The notes under the pieces: model-generated
Told to the model about the DNA's origin: nothing
Seen by the model: only the letters and a program-made list of their open reading frames with translations
The model's database searches: none
Shown: one piece after another, positions 52,381 through 64,000 of the stretch
Position numbering within the stretch: position 1 is the first letter of the stretch
Layout of the letters: each line of letters opens with the position of its first letter
Position numbers and translations under genes: made by a program
DNA from: Octopus sinensis
Taxonomy: Eukaryota
Length of the DNA stretch: 64,000 nt
Direction: 5' to 3'
NCBI RefSeq assembly: GCF_006345805.1
Contig: NC_043008.1
Location: 51,708,001-51,772,000, forward strand

Positions 52381-52690
52381 TTAAATCCCCGTTTTACTAA
52401 TTTGAGATAAACAAACTCTCATTTCCTCATCAACACAAAGGGTCTTGGAGACTAATGCCTCTCTGTGTATAAAATAGTGCATTGATATAATATTTGAATT
52501 TATCTTTCTGATGGTTGCTGCCAAGCCTCTCACTTTCCTTGTCATACTTGGGGCACCATCCATGCAAATTCCAATACAAGAATTCCACGAAATCGTAACC
52601 TTTTCAAAATTCTCAGGCAGGGCTTGAAAAATATCTTCCTCTTTAGTACATTCTGAAAACGATAAAATGGTGAAACAGGTCAGTTCATCT
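52381..52690 (-). mobile_element. hAT (Buster/Charlie-type) transposase fragment
   Basis: EDIF..ISWNSCIGICMDGAPSM..HYFIHREAL. Confidence 0.8.
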
Positions 52691-53490
52691 CAAATTCTTT
52701 GTAAACTCCTAAATATATCTTCTTCTGTGTATATATATACACCACCAAAATATGAACTTTTTGAACTTATAATTTTCAGTGTATATATATATAGATACTT
52801 CCTAACAAACATGATTTTTAATGAAATCCTAATATTTTTTATAAACTTTTTAATATTTTCTCAAGATTTTTCCTATCCAGTTCAGAAATTCAGCATGTAA
52901 ATATTGCATTGAAAAACCCTTTTGGATAGAATTAGTCAAAGGCTTTGAGGTATTCTGAAAATAAGAATTAATTCACATTCTCTCAAAAGTTTATAGGAAA
53001 ATTATTATGACATCAACAACATATGATTTTCATTGGTAAGAATAAAGCTTCTAAAATGGATATAAAAGTTTGAATGATTGCTTTGGTCCAGTGGTAGAAC
53101 ATCTGTCAAGTCTACAGGGGAAATTAGATTGAGTCCTAAGACAGCCTTTCACTTATTTTTTTATCCAAAAGGGATTTCCAACCTAACATTTACATGCTCT
53201 TATTTATAACTTTATGTGTGTGTGTGCTTTGAGATCTGCTGTTCCAAAAAAGCACTGTTTCAAATTCTCTTCAAAGTTTATAAAATTTTTGACATCAAAT
53301 CTAAATAAATTGTAAATGAAAAGAAATGTATTAAATCTATGGTGAAAGAGTATAGAAAATAAATGTTTTCCAATCATATTCTAATAATTTCATTTTTAAT
53401 TCCCCTCCTTACATAACAATTATTCTTTTATGTTTATTAATTTAGAAATTTTGTTGCCATTAATGTCAAGATTTTTCTGTTACCTTCTAG

Positions 53491-53702
53491 GGGTACGTTG
53501 GAACATTGCAGCTTTATTCAGTGAGATGAATTACTTTCCTGATCAGTTTTTCAAAATAAAACCTGATGTGATACGCTATATAAAATTTAGAACAAATTCT
53601 AGAACATCAAATACATCATTCTTCCTTCCAAAGGAAATGAATACAGATTCAACAATAGAGTTATCGACTATTGACCATGGAAAATTTTGGTTAGACACAA
53701 TT
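53491..53702 (+). CDS. Candidate internal coding exon C (212 nt, phase 1 to 0)
   Basis: atttttctgttaccttctag acceptor and ATT|gtgagt donor; open frame VRWNIAALFSEMNYFPDQFFKIKPDVIRYIKFRTNSRTSNTSFFLPKEMNTDSTIELSTIDHGKFWLDTI. Confidence 0.65.
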
Positions 53703-54094
53703 GTGAGTAATTTATTTTATTTATTTATTTTATTTTTTTTTTTTTGGTTTGAAAGGAGTATAAGTGGTTGACTTGACTTCAATGTAATATTTGTTTGCAG
53801 GGTTTCTGGATTTAAGTAAATGAGATATGTTACAGACATGTATGCACATATATAATTCAGTAAAACACACATATGTATTAATAATTTCTTTTTAGAAAGT
53901 AGATGATTTGGATGAATCACTCAACATCACTTTTCTGTGTTCACTTTATGCTAGGTCTAATTTTTTCTTTTTTATTAAAATGGATAATAGCAAAGCACTT
54001 TTTCAATTCTGTAGTCTCAATCACCTTAAAAACCGTTTTTATTCACAGTCAAAAGAAATATCATTAGTTATGTAAGTTGTGTTATGTTAACATG

Positions 54095-54308
54095 TTGAAA
54101 TATTGATTTCAAATTTTGGCACAAGGCCAGCCCATTTTGGGGAAGGGAGTTAAGTCTATTTCATTGACCCCAGTACTTATTTTATCAACCCCTGAAAGGA
54201 TGAAAGGTAAAGACAACTCCAGTGGAATTTGAACACATAGCATAAAAATGAACGAAATGCCACTAAGCATTTTCCCTGTGTGCTAATGATTCTGCCAGCT
54301 CACCACCT
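54095..54308 (-). mobile_element. tRNA-derived SINE (same family as 1411)
   Basis: Minus strand GAGCTGGCAGAATCATTAGCAC..CCTTTCATCCTTTCAGGGGTTGATAAAATAAGTAC. Confidence 0.75.
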
Positions 54309-54954
54309 TATCATGTTGAAATATTAATAAGGGAAAGCAATTAATTCAAAAATGTTTGTTTATAACACTAAACACTTTTAATATACCCCCCCCCACTCGC
54401 TTCCAAATATGTAATGAAGAAATACGCACAGATCATGAACGGTTAAAGTTAAGAAATTCTTCTTTCAGCCTCGCTTTCCTCTACCTTCTATCTTTGCACG
54501 TATCATCATTATTCTTTCATTATTCTTCGATTACTCTCTCATTATATTGTTCTTTCAGTACTCTCTCATTATATTATTCTTTCTTTCTTTCTTTCTCTCA
54601 GTATTCTCTCATTACTCTGTCTAGCTCAAATATGTTTATCGTTTAGTCTTGTCTCCCTGTTGCTCCCGGTTCATAGCCACTTATCTTTCCCCTAAAAATC
54701 TCACTTTCTCAGATTTTTCAAACCTACTTTCTTGCTCACACGATTAACAGAACCTCTTCCTACTTTATGGACTAGTTAGATTGCCTGACAAACTCAGATG
54801 TTACCTTTTTTGCCCCAAGTCTATATTAGTTATCAAATAATAATTATTATCGACACTGCCGTCCCCTTTCAACTATGCTAGTCAAAGTTCCTCACACCGC
54901 TTCCTCCAACCTCCTCCACCCCTCCATCCCCTCCACCCCCTCCACCCCTGAGCG

Positions 54955-57550
54955 CCACTAACCAGATCTGTGGCTGGTGCAAAGTCCTCTCTCGTCCCAA
55001 GGTATGGGTGGAACAGTGTTGTAGACAGGGCTATTAGAGAAAAGAGACAGACTTGGAAGGACTGGAAGAATGATGGTAGCAGGGAATTGTATCAGACTGC
55101 CAAAAGGAAAACTAGGAGACAGGTCTATCTAGCCAGAGGGGAAGCAGATAAGAAAAAATTTGCCGATGTTCTGCGCCGTGAGGACCAAAGACTGGAGGTG
55201 TTTCGCGTTGCAAGACAGTGTGTGAGAGAGAATTGTGATGTGGTAGGAGAGAAGTGTGTTCGCATGGAAGATGGTTCACTTGCGCTAAACGAGGATGCAA
55301 AGAGAGAGGTTTGGAGACGCCACTATGAAAGGTTGCTGAATAAAGAAAATGAATGGGATAAAGAGAGTCACCGAGTTGACAGTTCCTTGGTAGTTAAGGC
55401 AATTAGAATCATGAAGACAGGGAAAGCCCCAGGCCCATCAGGAATCACCGCAGAGATGCTCAAAATATCTGGTAGTGTCGGCTATAGCCTAGTCACCCAT
55501 ATAGTTAATCAGGTGATACACGAAGGAGTCATACCCAATGACTGGTGTAGCAGCATAATAGTCAACTGCTACAAAGGTAAAGGTGACGCCCTAGATACAA
55601 ATAATTACAGAGCTATCAAGCTTTTGGATCAGGTGATGAAGGTTATGGAGAGGGTCATAGCCCAACTAATTAGAGAGAGAGTTAGCCTAGATCAGATGCA
55701 GTTTGGGTTCGTGCCAGGGAAAAGTACTACTGATGCTATATTCTTGGTAAGGCAGCTGCAGGAGAAATACCTAGTCAAAGATAAGCCCCTGTACCTGGCT
55801 TTTGTTGACATGGAGAAAGCCTTCGACAGGGTGCCCCGATCCCTTATCTGGTGGTCAATGAGGAAACTAGGGATAGATGAATGGTTAGTGAGAGCTGTGC
55901 GAGCCATGTACAGGGATGCTGCTAGTAAGGTGAGGGTTGGCAACGAGTACAGTGAAGAATTCTGGGTAGTGGTAGGGGTACACCAAGGCTCAGTCTTCAG
56001 CTTCCTCCTATTTATCATAGTTCTCCAGGCAATAACGGAGGAATTCAAGACAGGATGCCCTTGGGAGCTCCTCTATGCTGATGATCTTGCTCTAATCGGT
56101 GAGTCACTATCAGAACTGGAGGAGAAGTTTCAGGTGTGGAAGCAAGGTTTAGAATCGAAGGGCCTTAGAGTCAATCTAGCTAAAACTAAAGTCCTAATAA
56201 GTAGGAAGGTAGACAAATCACAAACGCCTTCAGGTAGACGGCCCTGCTTGATCTGTAGAAAAGGTGTAGGTAGAAACTCTATAAGATGCACCAAGTGTAA
56301 GCTATGGGCACATAAGAGGTGCAGCAATGTCAAAGGAAGGCTAACTGAGAAGATAGCTTTTGTATGTGGCAAATGCTCAGGAACAATAAACACTGAAAAT
56401 GCTCTGAGATCAACTTCTGTCACTTTCCAGGGAGAAAAACTAGAAATAGTTGATAGCTTCCGTTACCTAGGTGACCAAGTCAGCAGCGGGGGCGGGTGTG
56501 CTGAAAGTGTAACTGCTAGAGTAAGAATAGCTTGGGCAAAGTTCAGAGAGCTCTTACCTCTGCTGGTGACAAAAGGCCTCTCGCTCAGAGTAAAAGGCAG
56601 ACTGTATGATGCGTGTGTACGAACAGCCATGCTACATGGCAGTGAAACATGGGCCGTGACTGCTGAGGATATGCGTAAGCTCGCAACAAATGAAGCCAGT
56701 ATGCTCCGATGGATGTGTAATGTCAGTATTCATACTCGACAGAGTGTAAGTACCTTGAGAGAAAAGCTGGACCTAAGAAGCATCAGATGTGGTGTGCAAG
56801 AGAGATGTTTGCGCTGGTATGGGCATGTGGTGAGAATGGATGAAGATAGTTGTGTGAAAAAGTGCCACACCCTAGCAGTTGAGGAAAACCTGGGACGAGG
56901 TGGTGAAGCACGACCTTCGAACTTTAGGCCTCACTGAGGAAATGACTAGAGACCGAGACCTCTGGAAGTATGCTGTGCGTGAGAAGACCCGGCAGGACAA
57001 GTGAGACCATAACCCGTGGCCTTCTACATGGGATGTAGCCAGCCAACTTATGCATACCTTCCCTTCTTGGGACACAAAACTCTACTTGTGAAGACCTGTT
57101 GAGGCAAGTGAAAATCAGAATCGAAATTGATCAATGGAAATTGCAGCTGAGTTTCTAGTGCCAGTGGCACGTAAGAGAACAATCCGAACGTGACCGTTGC
57201 CAGCGCCGCCCCGACTGACCTCGTGCCGGTGGCACGTAAAAAGCACCATCCGTTCGTGGCTGTTGCCAGCCTCGCCTGGCCCCCGTGCTTGTGGCACATA
57301 AGAAGCACCATCCGATCGTGGCCGTTTGCCAGACTCGTCTGGCACGTGTGCCGGTGGCACGTAAAAAGCACCCACTACACTCATGGAATGGTTGGCGTTA
57401 GGAAGGGCATCAAGCCGTAGAAACATTGCCAGATCAAACTGGGCCTGGTGCAGCCTTCTGGCTTCCCAGACCCCAGTTGAACCGTTCAACCCATGCTAGC
57501 ATGGAAAGCAGACGCTAAACGATGATGATGATGATGATGATGATGATGAT
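54955..57550 (+). mobile_element. Young 5'-truncated RTE LINE; 655-codon open frame 54970..56937 (RT with PHD-like insert, no endonuclease)
   Basis: KAPGPSG, YRAIKLL, QFGF, FVDMEKAFD, HQGS, LYADD and FRYLG motifs; net 11-codon deletion near 55370 and a 26-nt frameshifting deletion near 56885 versus other copies; 3' UTR and (GAT)n tail. Confidence 0.95.
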
Positions 57551-57657
57551 AGATACATAACATACAATTTGTTAAATACATTATGTGTGTGAATTAAGAA
57601 ATAATAAATTGTCAAATGTTTCTTTATAAATTAGAATATAATTATCAGTTACTACAG

Positions 57658-57966
57658 GAACAATCTCTAAGAGAGAAGGTTAAAGGTTAAAAATTATATT
57701 ATCAGATATGGATGGAAAGGATGAAAACTATTTTATCAAATGTGAGCCAACAGACACATGGCCTCTGGCTGTAATAAGAAAAAAATCACAAAGAAACTTG
57801 AATAACAGGGTTTTATAAACCCACCAAGAAGTTCTAGAATATTCCAGTAAGCTTTTAGGTGTGAAAATTCAACTTTTCTTTCTTTACTTTCACTGATGTA
57901 ACAGGTGCTTGGTTGGATATTACCAAATATAATATTCTTTTATTCACCATTGGCAATATTCTTTAG
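57658..57966 (+). pseudogene. Degenerate exon-like segment(s) resembling exon C
   Basis: Phase-1 acceptor; *RLKIILSDMDGKDENYF aligns to WNIAALFSEMNYFPDQFF; two TAA stops; GTAAGC..AACAG 58-nt gap leads in frame to AWLDI. Confidence 0.35.
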
Positions 57967-58172
57967 TCAATATAGCCAAATATGTAAGGCAGTGGGCTGG
58001 CAGAATTGTTAGCATTCCAGACAAAATGCTTAGCAGCATTTCTTCTGTCTTTGTGTTCTGAGTTCAAACTCTGCCAAGGTTGACTTTGTCTTTCGTCCTT
58101 TTGGGGTCAATGAAATAAGTACCATTTGAGTACTGGGGGTCAATGTAATACATATGTGTGTGTCCCTATATA

Positions 58173-59437
58173 TCAAGTTGAGTAAAAAGTAAGCAACGTT
58201 TTGAACCATGAAGAATTTGTACTGGATTTTTGCAGAATTTTGAATTTTTTAAAAATATTTTATTGCAATTTTCTGATAATACAGACATTGACTTTCTCAA
58301 ATGCATCAATAAAGTAACATTGATATTCTTTTCACCATTGTTACAATCATCTGAAATGGAACTGTCAAACTATTTCAGCAATTTTGCTATTCAACTTCAA
58401 AAAAGGGCATAAAGAAGCTGAAACTGCTTGTGATATCAACAAAATGTTTGGTGAGGAAATGACCAGTGAGTGGTCAGCTCAAAAATGGTTTAAACTATTT
58501 CACAGTGGAGAACTGAGCCTTGAAGATCATGAGCAAAGTGGACGCCCATCTATTATTGATGATGGTCAATTAAAGATTGTCATTGAGAAAGATCCATGTA
58601 AAACCACTTGAAAACTAGCAAAAGAACTTCAAGTTAGCCAGAAACTGCCTGCAACCATTTGCATGCGATTGGAAAATACAAAATTCTCAACAAATGGGTA
58701 CCACACGATTGGAATGAAAATCATAAAACTTGCAGATATGAAACTGGCTCATTGCTTCTTCTCTGTAACCAGACCGATCCATTTCTCAATCACATTGTAA
58801 CTTGTGATGAAAAGTAGGTTCTGTACAATAATAAAATACGTTCTTCATAGTGGTTGGACCAAAATGAAGCACCAAAATTTTCCTTAAACCTGAGCACTTC
58901 AAAAAGAAGGTTATGGTGACTGATTGCTGCTGTACTGCTAGACTCATCCACTATAACTTCTTGAAATCCAGAAAGACCATTACTGCAGAAACATATTGCC
59001 ATGAAATTGCCAAAATAAACGAAAAACTGCTCCTCCTCCATTCCAGACTGATCAGCAGGAGAGGGCCAATCATTCTTCATGGCAATGCTTGACTACACGT
59101 TTCACTAATGATGCTCCATAAGTTGGGGAAATTTGGCTACAAAGTTCTTCTCCACTCAGCTTATTCCTCAACCCTGTCTCCTACTGACAACCACTTTTTC
59201 AAGCACTGTGAAGGTTTCCTATGAGAGGAGTTCAAAAATCAAACTGATGCTGAAAGTGCATCCAAAAAGTTTATCAGCTCCAGAACTCCAGATTTTCATG
59301 TTAACAAACTTGTAACTCAGCAAAAATATGTTGATTGTAATAGTGCTTACTTAAGATGAATAAAATTTCTGCATTGTTCAAATATATTGTGATGAATTTC
59401 ATGTTGCAAAACGTTGCTTACGTTTTACTCAGCCTGA
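58173..59437 (+). mobile_element. mariner transposon, decayed, adjoining a SINE at 57989..58150
   Basis: TA-flanked ~40-bp TIRs (TCAAGTTGAGTAAAAAGTAAGCAACGTTTTG / TCAGGCTGAGTAAAACGTAAGCAACGTTTTG); QKWFKLFHSGELSLED..SGRPS and IVTCDEK. Confidence 0.92.
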
Positions 59438-59488
59438 TATATATACATATACACATACATACATACTTATACCTATATCTATTTATCT

Positions 59489-59531
<43 letters not shown>

Positions 59532-59532
59532 T

Positions 59533-59860
59533 ATCATCATCATCATCATCATTATCGTTTAATGTCCGCCTTCCATACTGGCATGGGTTGGATGATTTGA
59601 CAGGTGCTGGCCAGGTAGAAGACAACACCAGGCTTCTGTGTCTGTTTTGGCATGGTTTTTACAGCTGGATGCCTTCCTAACACTAACCACCCTGTAGAGT
59701 GGATGGAGTGCTTTATACGTGGCACCAGCACAAGCAAGATCAGTTTTGGCATGGTTTCTACAGCTGGATGCCCTTCCAAATGTCAATCACTTCACAGTGT
59801 GGTCTTCGCTTTTTATGTGGCACCAGCACTGACAGAGTCACCAAGTAACTTGCAAGGCAA
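59533..59860 (-). mobile_element. RTE 3'-tail-only copy
   Basis: CAT repeats plus reverse complement of GTTAGGAAGGCATCCAGCTGTAAAA..AACCCATGCC. Confidence 0.75.
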
Positions 59861-60156
59861 GGAATTTTGAGAAGGTACAGGGTATTGGATTGGGAGATCT
59901 CATGTCAGATGATGAAAGGTGTGACAGAAAGACAGAGAGGCAGAAATAGGTATCTTGCTATAGAGGCTACCCAACCAGAATGAGAGAAGAGAGAGACAGA
60001 GGAAGAGAGAGAAAGAGAGGGAGGAGATGAGAGAGGCAAGAGAATGAGAGTGAGGGGGGAGGGAGAGGAGAGTAAGAGGAAAAGAGACCAAAAGGAAGAG
60101 ATAGAGGGAAAGAAACAGAGGTAAAGAAAGATGCATAGATATAGAGAGAGATAGAT

Positions 60157-60187
<31 letters not shown>

Positions 60188-62119
60188 AGATTTTAATGTA
60201 CACAATATATAAAAGATCTACTAATAGTTTCATGCTGTAAAGATATAATAATTTTGCAGATTTATATAACACAAGTGAAATCTGTAAATATTTCATGGAA
60301 TTCATGGTAAACCTATTGGGTTATTTCAGAAAACTTTATCCAAAAAACCTGAAAGTGTACCTTGTGTCTATATGGAAAGATAGTTGCTCATCTGCTATTC
60401 AGTGAAATGTAAAAGAAACTGGAATACGATGATTACGTAATGCACTTTGTATATACACTTTATATACTTTATGCACAAATTTATAGACTTAATTCACTGC
60501 ACTCAAAATAAATATTCACTTTTATTTTTCCATTTTTACCATAAAGAAAAAAATATCCAATACATATGATACAACCTTTAGTTAAATTGCATACATCTGC
60601 CATGTAAATAATCATGAATATTTCACGGAATTGTACTTAGGTGCATGTGTTAAGTGATAGGTGATATATAAAAACTTAGTTCAATTAAAAAACAATACAC
60701 TTTTCACTATCCAATCACCACTGCCACCTCCACCACCATCACCACCACTGCCATCTCCTCCTCCACCACCGGTGTCACTCTCTCACTCCCTCTATCTCTC
60801 CTTCATCTCCCCCTCCCCCTCTCGCTTTCTCTCTGCCTTTATTTAACATCACCATCAGAACACCACCCGTTTGCTCTGCCTTCAACTAACTTTTTCAACC
60901 ACATAATAAATATTACATTCCCTGTTCCCCACATCATGGACTCTTCCCTCTCTCCCACATTTTCTTCCTCCTCTTTCTGTCTCACTCTTTGCCTTATCCT
61001 CTTTTCTCTCTCTCCTCTTTCTTTCTCCTCTATTTCCTTTCAACTAATCATGTAAAAATGTTACAATTACATTCTCTCCATCTCATGTCATGGACGCTTC
61101 TCTCTCTCTTTTTCCTCCCCTCTTTTTCTCTTTACCTTGTTTTCTCTCTCCCTCTTTTCTTTCTCCCTCTTTTTCTCTAATCATGTGAAAACATTACCAA
61201 CAGGCTAAGTAATGCAATAACAAGCAGTATTATTATAAGATGCCATTTGTCTCCAAGAAATCTGTCTGGTTTAGTACATACCATGTGACTTATTTGAAAA
61301 CCAGAATGCTGATCTATGAGAAAACATGAAAATATATGAGAAAAACTGAGAAGAAAAACATGAAGAAGGTTCGTGTAAAAGTGGAATGAGAAAAAAGAAA
61401 GAAAAGTAAGGAAACCAAGTCTTTGTTCCCTTTGTTTGTAGAAATCATGATTAATCAATCTGGCGTAGAATAATATAACAGAGAGGAGGCCAAAGTCTGT
61501 GAGATAGCTACCCAATATGAAGAGGGTGGTGTTTTCCAGTTTGATAGAAGAAACTTGTCCATATGCATGCATTTGCTAAAAGTTTTGGTTCTGGAATTCA
61601 GTGGTGTTTGAATCTAAAAAGAATGTGTGACCTTTTAACTTGGCATAACTTGCATCTCTTTGATCCATGCATATATGGCATAGATTTCTCCATGATTCTC
61701 CCTGTGATTGTATGTGGCATGCAGTTGGTTTTCAAATCTCATATATGGTTATCCATGCAGGCACATGGACAAGTTTGTTTTGTTGAAATGGAGGAAACCA
61801 CCCTATCTGGATTGAGTCGCTATCTCAAAGGCTCTGGCCTCCTCTCCATTATATTATTCAACTCAACTTAGATTAATTATGATTTCTACAGCCAAAGTTG
61901 ATGAAGCTCTTAGTTTTCCTACTTTTCTGTCTTCTCATTCTACTTTTTGCTTCAACCTTCTTGTTTCCCATTTTTCTCAAGTTTTCTCATAGACTAGTGT
62001 CCTGGTTTTCAAAAATGGAGACACACAGCATGTTATATACATCTGCCAAATTATTGTATCTCAACAGCATGAAACTATTAGTAGCTCTTTTTCAAAATGT
62101 GTAATTAAAATGACATTTA

Positions 62120-64000
62120 TCTCTCATTAGATAGAACATTTTCTTTGCTGAATCTACCTAGAATGGAACAGTAACTTGTGGTGAGCGAGAACTCAGGGTG
62201 GACTTCAGTGTCTACCTTCACAGCTTGCCACGACTCTTGGCAAGAGAGGCAGAGTGCTGTGAAGGTGCCATCATGGTGGTGGAAGTGAGGGATGCGATGG
62301 CAGGATACTTGAGGGACAAATCGCTGGGTTTGGATGGTCTGCCCTACAAGTTTTACAAATGTATGCCAGACTTGTTTGGAAATGTCTTGGCAGCAGTGTA
62401 CAGCAACTGGCAGTAGAATGGGAGCATCCCCAGTTTTGTGAGCTGAGGAGCCGTAATGCTGCTGAAGAAAGATCCAAACAAGGGGGACGTAATAGATAAC
62501 TTTCAGCCCATCACTCTGCTCAATGCAGACTTGAAAATTTTGGCCAAGAGGTTGGTGCATGTAATCGAGAAACTGGTCAACAAGGTGCAAAAGTGTGCCA
62601 TGCCAGGCTGGAGCATCCATGAAAACCTCCATCTGATGTGCTACATCGTAGACAGGGTATTTAAGGAATCTTTATGGGTGGGGCCCTGATCAATTTAGAT
62701 CAATCCAAAGCTTTCGATAGGGTAGACCATCAATACTTGAAGGCTGTCCTCAGCAGCCGGTTTTGGTCCTGTATTCTGCAGCCAGATGGCTGCTTTGTAC
62801 AGAGGCATCCATTTAGTAATTCGCATGAATGGGCATCTATTGAGACCTTTCGACATTGCACGTTTGGTCCGTCAGGGATGCCCCCTCTCACCACTTCTGT
62901 ATGTATTGACTCTCAAGCCACTACTGTGCAAGCTGCTGACACTGAGGGGTATACCGTGAGAACTGGGGTGCAGGATGAGTGTGTCCACATATGCGGACGA
63001 CGTCACTGTCATAGTGTCTAGCCACGAGCAGATCAAGCTGGTTGGTGAGACACTGAAAGACTACAAAGAGATGACAGGAGTGAAAATCAACCTGGAAAAG
63101 TTGGTGGGCTTGTGGCTCGGCACCTGGAGAAGCAAGCCCATGCTGTCCAGCAGCACCACAGTAGTGGGATGCTGGATGGACGGGCCAGTCAAGTTGCTTG
63201 GGGTCTGGTTCGGTCCGGACCTGCAAATGGAGAAGAACTGGGATGAGATAATGAGTATGGTGGCCACTCTCTCCCCACAATGGGCCAAGAGGAAGCTGTC
63301 CCTAAAAGGTCATCTACTACTGCCTCCCCGTCGTGCCTTGTCCCGACCCTACCATCACCAAACTGGAACACATCCTCTTCTGCTTCTTGTGGAAAGGAAG
63401 CGTTCAATGGTCAGGTGATCCGTTTGTTGTCAAAACCATCTGAAAGGAGGGCTGGGCATGCCATAGTTGATGATACGCAGACACGTGCTGAGAGTGCAAC
63501 ATCTCCGGCTCTACGTAGACGATGGTGAACAGGTGTGATGCGCTTTCCCACATCTCATGTCATGGATCAAGAAGAGCTCAAGGAAGGGCAAATGGCACCA
63601 CGAGTGTCGCGTTGCTCTTGAGCAACTAAGCCATCCCGGGTTGACCTTGAGCGACTGCATCACAACCAAAGCATTCTATAGGGGATTAGTAGAGGGGAGC
63701 ACCTATTCAAGACGACTTTTGGGCCGGGATCTATGGGCAACTTCCAGAGATCTCTGGCCTGGCATTGCTACCGAGAAGCGCTACCCATTCAGGATAAGCT
63801 CTATAGATACGGCTCGAGAAACACGGACACATCTGAATGGATTAGAGACAAACACTTTCCTCTCTGGTCAATCTCTCATCAACTTTTTCAAGTATCACTT
63901 GAAAAGGAAGGTGAGAGTAGAGAGGCAAGTTTTGTCTAGCGAATGTTTCAAAACAGATGGCTGAATGTAGCAAGGATGGCATGTATGAATGACAAAGCCA
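62120..64000 (+). mobile_element. Tx1/L1-clade LINE ORF2 remnant, continues beyond the window
   Basis: KSLGLDGLPYKFY, NFQPITLLNADLKILAK, LDQSKAFDRVDHQYL and STYADDVTV. Confidence 0.9.

Noticed and set aside
54970-56937. 655-aa ORF as a functional host gene or active LINE
   Set aside because: It starts at a GTG inside the element, lacks the endonuclease, and has an in-frame deletion and a frameshifting 3' deletion relative to sister copies

Overview
AT-rich, repeat-dense eukaryotic DNA, most likely intronic or intergenic sequence of an octopus. That assignment is inferred from the tRNA-derived SINE families, the RTE LINE with a (GAT)n tail and the microsatellite load. Most of the window is transposon debris: about 10 RTE LINE copies, four Penelope-like (PLE) remnants, Tx1/L1, R4 and CR1-type pieces, two mariners, hAT and pogo fragments, one decayed autonomous Helitron and two composite non-autonomous Helitrons. 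Three signals stand out. (1) A recent ~7.28-kb tandem duplication carries a 194-nt splice-bounded exon whose two copies differ at 9 sites that change 8 amino acids, while the flanking intron is about 99.5% identical by eye. (2) That exon appears to belong to a same-strand series of ~200-nt phase-1-to-0 exons (three intact, several decayed look-alikes) spread over 55 kb, which could be a mutually exclusive cassette array or a tandem gene cluster. (3) At least eight minimal hammerhead ribozyme motifs occur, including a PLE GIY-YIG fragment bracketed by 440-bp inverted repeats that each carry a hammerhead, and a 485-bp retrozyme-like unit. All comparisons were made by eye; no database searches were run.
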